Positions 13,373 through 26,977 are shown, counted from the first letter of the stretch. The stretch is DNA of 64,000 nucleotides from Eledone cirrhosa (GCA_964016885.1 OZ024751.1:17050001-17114000), one strand, 5' to 3'. A program made the numbers and translations. The notes: a model not told the origin generated them from the letters alone.

Positions 13373-15200
13373 ATGCTTTGGGTGGCTCATGTTGGCAATA
13401 AGAAACACACGCACCAGTTGCTTTCACTCCAATTTATTATAAATGAAATTTATAAATTTAAGAATTTATAAATTTCCGGTTGGTTGGTTCCACAACCGGA
13501 CGGTTGTTCATATATTGTCAAAGTTCTTTCATCACACATTATGTGACCTCTTCAGTGACTGGGGATTCTTTTCTTTGTTTTGTGTCTCTCCTCTGTTCTG
13601 TCCTACGCCATCTTGTTTTTGTGTGTGATGTGTGCTTAGTTTGCGCATGTGTTACATCCGGGTGTATGTGTGTGTTTTTATTTGTTTATTTGTTTATTTA
13701 CATGTTACTCGTTGATTGTTTGTTCTATGTGTGTGTGTGTTTTCATTTTGTCCTTAATTGTAAGTTGTGATGTTGCTATTCCATTCATGTTTCCTATTCA
13801 ATTTTGGTTGGAGTTTATTGCCTTTGTGATTTGTCTAAACATTGCGGCGTTTCTGTGTGTAGATTCTATTTTTATTTCTATGTTCTCTAATTTGCCCTTA
13901 TGTTCTATTTTAACATGCTGGTGGAGTATTGATGATCCTTTTTTATCTTGAAGTTTTCGCCAGTGTTCATTTAACCGTTCTATACTACGAGCTGTCTCAC
14001 CTACGTACACTATATTTTTATCTTTACATTGTCCTTCAGTACACCTTATGCTATATACTACATTTCTAGTTTTACAGTTAATATGGGGGCTTAATTTACA
14101 GATTATACATTTCTTATCTATACAGGTAGGTCTTTGAAAAGGGTATGTATTGCTATAAAGTGTTTTTATGGAGGTACCTGGTCTTTGTACGATCTTAATA
14201 TGTTTATGTTTATCTAGGGCCCTTCTAAATGTGTAAGCTAATTCACCTCTAGGGCTTGTATTGATTAACATTACACTCTGGTATTTATTGCTATCATACC
14301 ATGAGTTTATTCTATTTACCTTATTCCTAGTTCTTTCTATTCTATTCCAAAATTTGCTCCTATACAAGGGGCAGGTCCCATTTGTATCATTATTTACCAT
14401 TTTTTCCCATTTGGTTCTGGCTCCTCTATATACTGTCATTTTATCTCTCTGATAGTAACCAGAGAACTGCATATGGTGGATGAAGTGTTGTATGTGTCTC
14501 TCTAGTTCTTTGGGGTTGCACATGCGGGACACGTTTCTCATCACCCGTACCAAATTCGCAATCAGTATGTTGATTTTGGTGTGATCCGAAACAGCTGAGC
14601 TTCGGTGGATCAGATATTTGGAAGTCATGGGTTTGGCATAATGGGAATGGAGGATTTGTTTTTTGTTATTAATGGTTTCTAACCAGAGCTCTGTGTCTAG
14701 TACAGGTAATCGATGGTTGGGGTATTTGCTTGGGTAGTCTATAGTAACTCTAATACTCTGGTGGATGGAGTTAGCTATTTGCTGGATGCTTTCCATGGTG
14801 TTTCTCTCTAATTTTTGACTGTTCTCTACTGGGGGTGTTTTTACCACGATGTTTATATCATCAACGTAGCGGGAGTACATTATCAGGGTTAACAGGTTGC
14901 TGTCTTTTAATTGTTCTTTAAGTTTACGTTTAAGTTTAAGTTTATTGTCCCACCATACCATGAATAGGTTAGCTATGTCACCTGTAATGCAAGCACCAAT
15001 GGCTGTTCCCTCCTCTTGGACATATGTTTTTCCTTTAAATTTGAACATATGTTCCTTAAGAGTTAGTTTTATACTGGCCCCCACCGCATGTGCAATCATT
15101 TTCTTTAGTTCATCGTGTTTTTCGAGGGGTCCGTATGGCTCTGGTCCACGCGTTCCATCTCTCCGTGTGGGCTTTCTTGGCCATTGAGGAAACACAAATT
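13368..15200 (-). mobile_element. 5'-truncated Penelope-like retroelement (RT plus GIY-YIG, Naiad-like)
   Basis: ORF 13798-15255: QEEGTAIG, YSRYVDD, LPVLD, YAKPM thumb, Cys-rich linker, VVYSIRC...YVGETARS...RLNEH; frameshifted LNRKHEW end; pLTR with HHR; both ends in (TA)n. Clade call is from remembered motifs only. Confidence 0.92.
13517..13559 (-). ncRNA. Hammerhead in the PLE pLTR, extra G after A9
   Basis: gtca CTGAAGA g gtcaca taatg tgtgat GAAA gaac TT tgac. Confidence 0.8.
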
Positions 15201-15626
15201 CAGAAACGAAATATATATATATATATATGTAAAAGGGAAACAGAAGTAACAACACAATCGGTACAGTATATGGAAGGTATATATTAGGTTAAAGCTTGAT
15301 ATAGCAGGAAGAGGGTCTTAAGTGGCTAAGGTGTTTGATTCAAAAGTCATTGGTTCAATCCCGATGTTTAGTAACTGTCGTTTAATATGGTCACAGCTTA
15401 AATAGTTCTTTATGAGAAGAATATGATAGACTCAAAGCACTGAAGTCTGTTTCTACACCCTTGAAAAGGATTCCTCAACTCATAACCTGAAACCGCTTGG
15501 GATTTTATCTATCTCTATACCCACTCTGCATCTCCCCATGTTTGTGTACTCCCATGAATAGTGTTTTCCCCGGTCTCCACACAACAGACTGTTCTCATTC
15601 ACTCAGTCATCCTCTTTCTCTCCCTC

Positions 15627-15665
<39 letters not shown>

Positions 15666-15704
15666 ACAGAGCGATTTTTAATTTCTAATTTTTAAATTTT
15701 GCTA

Positions 15705-15955
15705 GACCGGCAATCGCTCTGTATAATAGATTCCTGATTACTACTGGAATTCTATAAGAATCTAGCCTCCATAATCTTCGGCAGAGGCCGAGGACCACCA
15801 ACAGTGTGAAACAGAATCTGTGAGCTTCTCTCCCTTCCTTTGCCGAAAAAATAAGTACGTGACATAGTCACTACTTTAAAAATAATAGCGCCAAGTCTTC
15901 AAAATGTTTTTAATAAAACATACGGTATATTGCCAAATATACTATACATACATTT
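15705..15955 (+). repeat. Unclassified interspersed repeat
   Basis: Homologous to 51965-52225(-) and 62960-63222(+); internal ttcggca...tgccgaa hairpin. Confidence 0.8.
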
Positions 15956-16011
15956 TTATATATATATATATAAATTAAACAATAATCAAAACTATGTTCA
16001 AAACATTTTAT

Positions 16012-16058
16012 TGCTGACAATCGTTTCTTCCAAACTTTCGTTTGGAATCATCGGAGCA
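16012..16058 (-). ncRNA. Hammerhead variant with CCGAUGA core (U4C)
   Basis: tgct CCGATGA ttccaaac gaaa gtttggaa GAAA cgattg TC agca ataaaa; perfect 8-bp stem II with GNRA loop and a GUC site. Confidence 0.78.
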
Positions 16059-16358
16059 CTAGCAAAGTTTGGACATATAAATAACTTCCTATTCAACTGA
16101 ACAATCATATAGATACATGGATATTAATGTTGTCATCAACATTTTCTGAGATTACAAGAGAATTGTATAATAATTAAAGAGCCACAGATTGGAAAAGAGG
16201 CATTAGGGCAGAAAGTTACTCGTAAAACGAGGACATTAGCAGTACATTTCAAGCGTATAGAAAGTGCAAATGCGTTAGGTATATACAGAACAGCTAGGTA
16301 AGAAACAAGCACATGTATATATATAGGAAAAGACAAATATATATATAGAGGGAGAGAG

Positions 16359-16552
16359 AAAAGAGTCAGGACCCAGATGGCTGAGCTCCGGCCGTTTCGA
16401 GAGCTCGCTTCGAACAGTTGGGATCTAGCCGTCGAAACGGCCGGAGATCAGCCGTCGGGGTCCTGACTCTTTTCCTATTATCCACTCTACTACCCTAAGT
16501 ATCGATTACTCTGGTTAATTATGGTCCACATCGTTTCTTACCACACTTTATT
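16359..16552 (+). repeat. pLTR-like repeat with 5' fold-back (arms about 16359-16400 and 16432-16473)
   Basis: aaaagagtcaggaccc...ccgtttcga and tcgaaacgg...gggtcctgactctttt; homolog at 25030-25187(-). Confidence 0.8.
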
Positions 16553-16563
16553 TGTTATATATA

Positions 16564-16675
<112 letters not shown>

Positions 16676-17079
16676 GAGGGTGTAGATATAGCGTATATGT
16701 ATTTACGGATGTCTCTGTTTTATGTCCCGTAACTTAGCGATTCGATAATAAAAAAAGTCCGCAAATATAAGTGCCAAACTTAGAAAAATACATACTACTG
16801 GTGTTGATACGATCGATGATCAAATACATAAATGCGGTTCCCATAATGGCTGCAGTCAAATGCCTAAAAAAAGAGGAAGAAATGATAAATGAATAAACGG
16901 ACGGAACAGAATGCACCGACTATTTTCAGCCGAAAAACAAAAACGAGATCTAAAATCTTACAATTAAAAATCGTCTATTACATTATATGACTATTATTCA
17001 CATGTAATGAAATATCACACATATAAATGTTACATGTTTATATCTACCGTTGTATATTTAACTAGATCTCTCTCTCACT

Positions 17080-17116
17080 AAATATATGTATACGATTTAT
17101 ATATATGTACATATAA

Positions 17117-17181
<65 letters not shown>

Positions 17182-17224
17182 CGTGTGTGTATGTATATAT
17201 ATATATATATATGTATATACTGTA

Positions 17225-17264
<40 letters not shown>

Positions 17265-17371
17265 CTGTATATATGTATATATATATATATATATGTATAT
17301 ATACTGTATATATGTATATATATATATATATATATACTGTATATATGTATATATATGTATATCTGTATATA

Positions 17372-17426
<55 letters not shown>

Positions 17427-17538
17427 GTATATGTATATGCGTGTATATGCATATGTATATATATATATATATATATATGCATATGTATATATATATATAT
17501 GTATGTATATATATATATATATATATATATTCATATGC

Positions 17539-17577
<39 letters not shown>
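17080..17577. repeat. Compound (TA)n microsatellite
   Basis: Direct inspection; a similar array continues at 18010-18830. Confidence 0.95.
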
Positions 17578-17580
<3 letters not shown>

Positions 17581-17707
17581 AAAGTTATATATAAATTGTT
17601 GGGTTAACAACGAGTAAATATTTATAACTGATATAAAAGCACTCAACAATATTTGGAGTATATTTATGATATTAAATAAATGGAAACTATATTTATAAAA
17701 CCATATT

Positions 17708-17773
17708 TATTTCGTTATATATATTTCAGGGATATCATATTAACAATATGTTATGCCTTCTTCAGACAAAATA
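17708..17773 (-). ncRNA. Hammerhead (left arm)
   Basis: Reverse complement of 17901-17966. Confidence 0.85.
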
Positions 17774-17900
17774 CAATATAAACAGTCTTATAAATAAATA
17801 GATACGACATACCTTTCAATCACCTGCCAAATCAACCTCCCAAATGCAAGGTGATTGAAAGGTATGTCGTATCTATTTATTTATAAGACTGTTTATATTG

Positions 17901-17966
17901 TATTTTGTCTGAAGAAGGCATAACATATTGTTAATATGATATCCCTGAAATATATATAACGAAATA
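17901..17966 (+). ncRNA. Hammerhead (right arm)
   Basis: tattttgt CTGAAGA agg...catatt gtt aatatg...cct GAAA tatata TA acgaaata; 8-bp stem I. Confidence 0.87.
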
Positions 17967-18038
17967 AATATGGTTTTATAAATATAGTTTCCATTTATTT
18001 AATATCATATATATATATATATATATATATTTATATGC

Positions 18039-18076
<38 letters not shown>

Positions 18077-18284
18077 TTATATGCATATGCATATGCGTGT
18101 GTATGTATATACTGTATATATGTATATGTATATATATATGCATATGCGTGTATATGCATATATATATATCTGTATATGTATATGCGTGTATATGCATATG
18201 TATGTATATATATATATATATTATGTATAGGATTACCCAAGATGTAGTAATGTCTACCTGTTATTATTCATTCTTTATATATAT

Positions 18285-18315
<31 letters not shown>

Positions 18316-18355
18316 AATATATATATATATATCTTTATATTCATATGCATGTATA

Positions 18356-18428
<73 letters not shown>

Positions 18429-18443
18429 TCATATGCATGTATA

Positions 18444-18480
<37 letters not shown>

Positions 18481-18579
18481 TCATATGCATGTATATATAT
18501 ATATATATTTATTTATATGCATATGCGTGTGCATGTATATATATATATATATATTTATATATTTATATATATATATATT

Positions 18580-18677
<98 letters not shown>

Positions 18678-18705
18678 TATATATATATATTTATATATAT
18701 ATATT

Positions 18706-18738
<33 letters not shown>

Positions 18739-18775
18739 ATTTATATATATATATATATTTATAAATATATATATA

Positions 18776-18815
<40 letters not shown>

Positions 18816-19733
18816 TGCGTATGTGTTTTATAAGTATATGTAGCTACGCGATTGATTATTCTTTGTACCCATATTCCATCCTTATTAGTAAACGAACTGC
18901 CAACGAAGCATTGAAAGAAATAACAATGAAAAACAAGACAACAAACGCTGAGAATATTGTTACATTTCGTGTTAGGTATTGGGAACGTAGCGCAATTATA
19001 TAATTTACTTACATTCCAGTAACATATGTAGGGGAACTTTTCATCTCACCACAATTACATTTACCGCTTCCACTTAACATGTTTCCTGCTTCTCATTTAA
19101 TATAGAATCTATTTAAGCAGCACTAAGGCTTTTTTTTTCATTCTGCTAACTACGTTCATTTAATATTGGCAATATGTGCATTCTATTAACAGTTTTCCGA
19201 ACTGCATTATATCTAAGTTACAATGGGACCCTGAATCTCACGCGGTTTTACACAAAGTGCTTTTCAAAATACACAATCGCAAAATATATTTTCCGGAATT
19301 CTGAAAGGCTGAGAAAATGTCTATCCTTGCCATATCATGTAGGTAGAATATATGATTCCAGAATCACTGATTTTACGGACAAGGCTAACCAGCAGGAGAC
19401 CCAGAGGTAGACAATGGACAAGAAGCTTGGGTGATATTCATATGCTTGGTTGTTTCTTGCATGGGGATCTAATCATTTCATTTGGAAACGTTTGCTTCTT
19501 GTAGAACATTCTGGAAGTGGTTTCCGAGCATAGTGTCCACATTACCCTTTCAGGAAGACTATCAATGAAGCAAGAAATAGGGAATTAAAAAGACTAATCC
19601 CTCTCCATCATATTTAGTTTATCACACTTTTACTTGTGGTATATAAATATTGAGTTTTATTGTAATAAATCACTGCCAAGACTGGAATTGAACCATCAGC
19701 ACAGTTGAGGTATGTCATGCATCAATTTATGTA

Positions 19734-19795
19734 TTTTATCTGATGAGTACGTACTTAAAAAACAACACAGTACCTCCGAAATATATATAATAAAA
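19734..19795 (+). ncRNA. Minimal hammerhead
   Basis: ttttat CTGATGA gtac gtact...agtac ctcc GAAA tatata TA ataaaa; about 50 bp upstream of (TA)n. Confidence 0.78.
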
Positions 19796-19857
19796 CATAT
19801 ATGTTGATTATGTGAAATATCCATTTATTAATATTTTGAATAATATATATATATATA

Positions 19858-20235
19858 TACATGGTGGCTGCCAACTCGTTTTCGAGTACGGCCACTACTT
19901 TATATCCATGTAGGAGAACACCTACCGATGCGCTGAACAAGTGTGACTTTTTAGTCCAGCCAGCGACTTGAAAACTCTGGTACTAACACTACGCTTGAGA
20001 CAATTATTGACACATAGTGCTGGGACCATGGTACCATGTGACGATAAGTGCAGAGATCTCCAGATATCAAGCAATGCCTGTGCCGTGAGGCGTTTATACT
20101 GAGCAAAGGCACTGCACAAAGCCAGCCCCACTCTCTTAACCAAGATGATATTTACCAAAAAGAAGAACAAGTTAATATCATTGTCAAGACAGAATTCTAG
20201 AAGGAAAACTCTGATATAACACCTGCAACCCTGAT

Positions 20236-20240
<5 letters not shown>
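19858..20240 (-). mobile_element. RTE-like LINE 3' end (C2H2 finger remnant) with inverted 5' segment
   Basis: TRVFKSLAGLKSH; homologous to 63293-63678; 20181-20240 is inverted relative to that copy. Confidence 0.8.
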
Positions 20241-20281
<41 letters not shown>

Positions 20282-21084
20282 ACAACAACAACACCACCAG
20301 CTCTCCCTCTTTTAATTTCCTTCTCTGTCTCCTCTCCCTCTCTCTTTCAATCTACTCTCTCACAACCACTATCTGTTCCGCTCTATCTTTCTCTCTCTTT
20401 GTTTATAAAGATTCTCAGGAACCCCTGCTCCGATTTACGGGAAACTTGCTTTATTCCATTTGTTTTCCCTTTTTAGGTGCAACTTCCTTTCCAAGTATTT
20501 TCCTATTATGCCCCCTTTTGTCTGTATTACATTACAGTCAAGAAAGTAAGCAAGGAAGCAATCACAGACTTCTATTAATATATAGGTAACACTGAAGGTT
20601 ACGTGTCTAATATGTCTATTTCATTGTTTATTTTTATAGTATGTATTATGAATGAAGATGGTCTCTTCTCAATAAAGTGTTTGTGAATTGTGTTCAAATC
20701 AGTTTATGGGCCTCTGTTAAATATTTCTTTCTGGATCTGTCGAATGTCCTTATACCTTCTCTTTATTAATTATCTGCAATACACAGGTGTTACATTTGTA
20801 CTTCTTCATATTTCACTTGCTATAGGCACTACAGTATATAACAAAAATTAAATGGCTTTTCATTATATCATTTTCGATTTGACAGAAGCAAATTGTTTTG
20901 TTCAAAAATTTATTGTTGCTTTATATATCAATAGATTACATTATTTGCGACTTTCTATATTGTCAGGTGTTCGTTTGAGCTTCAGTCTTTTAATGTTTTG
21001 TTATTATTGCATTTCTATACGACAATCGTTCCTGCTCTTATTTCAGTCCCTTTGTATTTTATTTGTGTAAATTCTAATTATAAT

Positions 21085-21093
21085 ATATATATG

Positions 21094-21188
<95 letters not shown>

Positions 21189-21261
21189 TTATATATATAT
21201 ATATATACTTATATATATATATATACTTATATATATATATATACTTATATATATATATATA

Positions 21262-21322
<61 letters not shown>

Positions 21323-21350
21323 TTATACCAATAAGGATTTCACTTATATA

Positions 21351-21397
<47 letters not shown>

Positions 21398-21519
21398 ATA
21401 TAATATAATATATATTGTTTCTACTTTAGGCACAAGGCCAGCAATACCCAGTGCATTACTGGTACTATATATATAATATATATATATATATTATAATATA
21501 TATATATATATATACATAT

Positions 21520-21557
<38 letters not shown>

Positions 21558-22225
21558 ATATATATATATATATTATAATATATATATATATATATTATAA
21601 TATATATATATTATAATATATATATATTATAATATATATATATTATAATATATATATATTATAATATATATATATATATTATAATATATATATATATATT
21701 ATAATATATATATATATTATAATATATATATATATATTATAATATATATATATAATATAATATAATATATATATAATATAATATTATATATATATGATAT
21801 TATATTATATATATATAATATTATATTATATATATATATATATAATATTATATTATATATATATAATATAATATTATATTATATATATATAATATTATAT
21901 TATATTATATATATATAATATAATATTATATTTTATATATATAATATAATATTATATTATATATATATAATATAATATTATATATATATAATATAATATT
22001 ATATATATATAATATAATATTATATTATATATATATAATATAATATTATATATATATAATATAATATTATATTATATATATATAATATTATATTATATAT
22101 ATATAATATAATATTATATATATATAATATAATATTACATATATATAATATAATATTATATATATACAATATAATATTATATATATATAATATAATATAT
22201 ATATATATAATATAATATAATATAT
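21085..22225. repeat. Compound (TA)n/(TAA) array containing a SINE tail at 21414-21467(-)
   Basis: Direct inspection. Confidence 0.93.
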
Positions 22226-22565
22226 TATAATATTTAACATTTTTTAGAGATGTGACACACGAGTTGTGATATATTAGTAAAAAGGAAAAGAAAATTCTGA
22301 CAAATTTTTCCCAGTGAAAAATTGTTTAATTAGGAATAAGTATAAATTAGCAATAAATATTAGTTAGTATTCAGTTCTAGTTTTAAGTTTTTACGGTTGC
22401 GCTTTTCTTATGCTTTTCAAAAATAATTTTAAAATAGAGGGCTCGTGGTTTTTGCTCTAATCTGATCAGTTTGGGAAATTTTTCCTGTTTTATGTAAAAA
22501 AAGTGGCTTGGGAGGCATTAAGATTTTAATTTTATTTTATAATATATCTATAAATATATATAGAT

Positions 22566-22845
22566 GTAAGTATGTATACATACATATATGTATACAGTTG
22601 TATGTATATATATACATACATGCACACATATATGTACGTATGGTCTGTTTGTTTATAAACAAACCGAACATTATAATAAGTGTTCGGTAAACCCATACGT
22701 ACATATATATGTGTGCATGTATGTATATATATACATACTACTGTACGTCTGTATACATATGTGTATGTACGTATCCATACTTAGATTTAAGTATCAGCCG
22801 TACTAAGAGTGAGAATTGAAATTTCATTTCATTCTTTTCCATTTA
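22566..22845 (+). repeat. Fold-back 3' fragment of the HHR-bearing pLTR family at 24546-25530
   Basis: Tail gccgtactaagagtgagaattgaaatttcatttcattcttttccatt; about 22566-22640 is inverted to about 22694-22782. Confidence 0.75.
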
Positions 22846-22912
22846 TATATGTATATATATATATATATATAAACGAAAAATCAGTGATGCAATCTAGACT
22901 CAGTTTATTGCG

Positions 22913-22998
22913 TGTTACAATTGATTCGCCGGCAGATAGCTCGAGACATGATCATTGTATGGATCTGTCTGATTCTATAACTGCGGGTTCTTCGGACA
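22913..22998 (-). ncRNA. Degenerate long-stem-II hammerhead behind a probable PLE ORF end (22870-23215)
   Basis: tgt CCGAAGA [61 nt, cccgcag...ctgccgg] GAAT caattg TA aca cgc aataaa; upstream KPSM...VWQQIL remnant. Confidence 0.55.
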
Positions 22999-23577
22999 AA
23001 TGCAATGCTTTCGGAGCAAATTTTCTCACTGGAGAAAACACCTTCAAAAAACACCTTCAAAAACATCGTCCACTCTTGTCTTGCCATTGGCTGTTGTTTT
23101 TCTACGTCATCATAAATTCTGGACAATATTTGCTGCCACACTGGTCATTAGCTACTCTCCGTCCGACACACTTCATGCTGGGTTTGGTATCTCACAAGAC
23201 CGCTCACTCTCACAAATATATACCCACACATACACACACACATATAAATACACATACACATACACACACACGCAGACACATACATATATATGCATACACA
23301 TATGTACGCACACATATGTAGACATACACACCCATATACATACACACACACACACACACTCCCTCTCTTACACACACCCACACACACCCACAACCATATA
23401 CACACCAACACACACGTCCACTGGCGCTGCCTATATACCACCATACATCCGGTCTCACACGCACACGCACGCACACACACGCATACAAGAACACATATCA
23501 GCGTTCGCGTACATCTGCACATATACACAAACACGCGCAGACATATACATATATATATATATATATATATGTATCCA

Positions 23578-24012
23578 GGGCGGTTAAAATTCCCGAGATC
23601 TATGGACGAGTTCTCTCCAGCGGTCTCTGCCCTCATCATCACTACCACGTCCCGCGTCTCCCAGAGACCAGTGTCCGCCCTTAGGGCATCAACATATATT
23701 AACCTCGCTCTTCCTCTTCCAGTGTGTACATGCAGGGGCGCCCATAGGAGCACTGGGTGCAGTCCCACAGCTTGAGTTGGGTGTGGAAGTCGGACCTTTG
23801 TGGAGACCTGAGGATCCACCTCTTCGTTGCTGTAGTGGAGTCTGTGCTGCTGTACGGGTCTGAGACTTGGGCACTGACCAACAAACTCACTCAGATGGTG
23901 GATGGGTGCTACACGAGAATGTTGAGAATGGCTCTGAACATTAATCAGTATCCACAGGGGATGAAACATTCAGATCTGTACCGTAGCCTCCCTAAAGTCA
24001 GCTCAAAAGTGA
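23578..24012 (-). mobile_element. RTE LINE 3' fragment with 5' inversion
   Basis: Minus 23578-23775 VLLWAPLH...RGRARLIYVDALRADTG; plus 23775-24012 ESVLLYGSETW...DGCYTRMLRMAL...LPKVSSKV. Confidence 0.88.
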
Positions 24013-24130
24013 TATATATATATAATATAATATAATATATATATATATAATTGTTTCTATATATATATAATATAATATATACTGTATATATATATAATAG
24101 ATATATATATATAATATAATATAATACATA

Positions 24131-24182
<52 letters not shown>

Positions 24183-24207
24183 ATATAATATATACATATA
24201 ATATATA

Positions 24208-24396
24208 TAATCGTTTCTACTTTTAGCACGAGGTCAGCAATAACCCAGTGCATTACTGGTACTTTATTTTATCGACACCGTAAGGGTGAAAAGCAAAGTT
24301 AAGCTCGACGGGATTTGAACTCGGACCGTAAAGGGACCTAACTATGCTGCAAAGCATGGCGTTCGACCCTCTACCGATACTACCAATTCACCGCCC
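24208..24396 (-). mobile_element. tRNA-derived SINE
   Basis: Full-length reverse complement. Confidence 0.92.
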
Positions 24397-24545
24397 TATA
24401 ATATATATATATAACATAATATAAGTATATATGATATAATATAATATATATATATAAATAAATATATATAATATACTATATATATATATAATATACTATA
24501 TATATATATAATATACTATATATATATAATATATATATATATATA

Positions 24546-24983
24546 TACGTACATACATATATGTATACAGACGTACAGTAGTATGTATATATATACATAC
24601 ATGCACACATATATATATATATGCACGTATCGGTTTACCTAACGTTTGTTTGTTTGTAAACAAACAAACAGCCCGAATTACGCCGTACAATGTTTAGGCA
24701 AACACGTCACCTTTTTGTTCAACACTGACACAGGAACTATGTACTAGTTTCAAGCTTATTAGCTATCGTCAGCATCGTATACCTTCCTGCCAGATGGTTG
24801 AACGTCTGAAAGTATATACTTTCCTGATGCATATTAACGGCTGAGCAGCCTAATTTGCATATCGAGTGAGTTTAGTCGGCTGGGCGCATCGAAAACTATG
24901 AATGGAAAAGAATGAAACGAAATTTCATTTCTCACTCTTAACTGCCGTACTAAGTGTGGGAAATGAAATTTCGTTTCATTCTA

Positions 24984-24986
<3 letters not shown>
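24546..24986 (-). mobile_element. PLE-type pLTR (tail plus unit in partial tandem) with an inverted tail
   Basis: 24546-24865 is inverted relative to 25185-25480; tail at 24900-24940(-), inverted tail at 24945-24986(+). Confidence 0.75.
24739..24775 (-). ncRNA. Minimal hammerhead
   Basis: atg CTGACGA t agct aata agct t GAAA ctag TA cat. Confidence 0.78.
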
Positions 24987-25028
<42 letters not shown>

Positions 25029-25236
25029 ACGAAGGAGTTGTGGTAAGGAACCAGACGCACCATAACGCACCAGAGTACTCAATACTTAGGTAGTAGAGTG
25101 GGTAATAGAAGAAAGTATAACCCCGACGGCAGAGCTCATGCCGTTTCGACGGCTATTTCTGGACTCAGTCCAGAAATAGCCATCGATATACAAATTAGGC
25201 TGCTCTGCTGTTAATATGCATAAGGAAGGTAAAATG

Positions 25237-25273
25237 GTGCTGATGACAGCTAATAAGCTAGAAATTAGTTCAT
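25237..25273 (+). ncRNA. Minimal hammerhead (same family, element 25185-25530)
   Basis: gtg CTGATGA c agct aata agct a GAAA ttag TT cat. Confidence 0.7.
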
Positions 25274-25688
25274 AGTTCCTTTGTCAGTGTTGAACAAAAT
25301 GGAAACGATGTTGCCGAACACTGTACGGCTAATAATACGGGCTGCTCGTTTACAAACAACCCGAGCATTATAATAAATGTTCGGTAAACCCATACGCACA
25401 TATATATATATGTGTGCATGTTTGTTTGTATATACATATTACTGTACGTCTCTATACATATATGTATGTACGTATACATACCTATATTTAAGCCGTATTA
25501 AGAGTGAGAAATGAAATTTCATTTTTTCCGTATATATATATATATATATATTAGAAAGTGAGGTTTTTTTTACAAAATAAAAAATAACCGAGGTGTCCTA
25601 CACGAGTGAAAGTATAAAGAAAAAGAGATGAAATCGAAAATGCAACTGAAGTCTTATTTTTTAAAAAAATATATATATTTATTTGGTT

Positions 25689-25726
25689 CCTTTACCGGTT
25701 TCGCAGTTCTTCTGCTTTTCAGAAGG
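25689..25726 (-). ncRNA. Hammerhead with G8A core change
   Basis: cctt CTGAAAA gcag aagaa ctgc GAAA ccgg TA aagg...aataaa. Confidence 0.7.
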
Positions 25727-25757
25727 TGAGTTGAGATGGAGGGTCTGTGGTTTTTCT

Positions 25758-25759
<2 letters not shown>

Positions 25760-25835
<76 letters not shown>

Positions 25836-25846
25836 CATATATATAG

Positions 25847-25889
<43 letters not shown>

Positions 25890-25991
25890 ACATAGGGATT
25901 TCTCTTATATATATATACATATATATATATATAGATATATATACATATATATATAGATATATATATATATATACCACATAGGGATTTCACT

Positions 25992-26023
<32 letters not shown>

Positions 26024-26184
26024 GATATATATACATATATATATAGATATATATATATATACATATATATACATATATATATAGATATCTTATATACATA
26101 TAGATATATATATATATAGATATATATACATATATATATAGATATATATACATATATATATAGATATATACATATACATAAATA

Positions 26185-26258
<74 letters not shown>

Positions 26259-26299
26259 CATATATACATATATATAGATATATATACATATATATATAG

Positions 26300-26339
<40 letters not shown>

Positions 26340-26616
26340 GACATAGGGATTTCACTTATATATATGTATATATATATACCATATAGGGGTTTCACTTATA
26401 TATATATATAATATAATATATATAATATAATATATATATATATAATATAATATATATAATATAATATATATATATATATAATATAATATATATATATATT
26501 ATATATATATATATATATAATATATATATATATAATATAATATATATATATATATAATCTAATATATATATATATAATATAATATATATATAATATAATA
26601 TAGATATATATATATA

Positions 26617-26673
<57 letters not shown>

Positions 26674-26690
26674 ATATAATATATATATAT

Positions 26691-26739
<49 letters not shown>

Positions 26740-26771
26740 TATATATATATAGATATATATATAATATATAT

Positions 26772-26860
<89 letters not shown>

Positions 26861-26888
26861 TATATATAATATATATATATATATATAG

Positions 26889-26919
<31 letters not shown>

Positions 26920-26945
26920 GTATATATATATAATATATATATATC

Positions 26946-26976
<31 letters not shown>
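25760..26976. repeat. Compound (TA)n array with four 20-nt spacers
   Basis: ccacatagggatttcactta-like spacers at 25888, 25974, 26339 and 26379. Confidence 0.93.

Positions 26977-26977
<1 letters not shown>

Larger units (their letters stand above)
17578..18009. mobile_element. Head-to-head PLE pLTR palindrome (161-bp arms 17665-17825 and 17849-18009)
   Basis: Arms are reverse complements and each carries a hammerhead; embedded in (TA)n. Confidence 0.9.

Noticed and set aside
13798-15255. Selenocysteine-recoding Naiad or domesticated gene
   Set aside because: No in-frame TGA at the Cys positions; the ORF is 5'-truncated into (TA)n and frameshifted at the C-terminus
16432-16450. GAAA cggccg GA as a hammerhead 3' half (also at about 25135)
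   Set aside because: No CUGANGA is retained and the UH site is absent, so it was not counted as a ribozyme
19280-19560. RRPRGRQW..SLGDI, an RTE-like C-terminal remnant
   Set aside because: A single short motif, too decayed to call
25888-26398. 20-nt repeats with spacers as a CRISPR array
   Set aside because: The spacers are (TA)n microsatellite of irregular length
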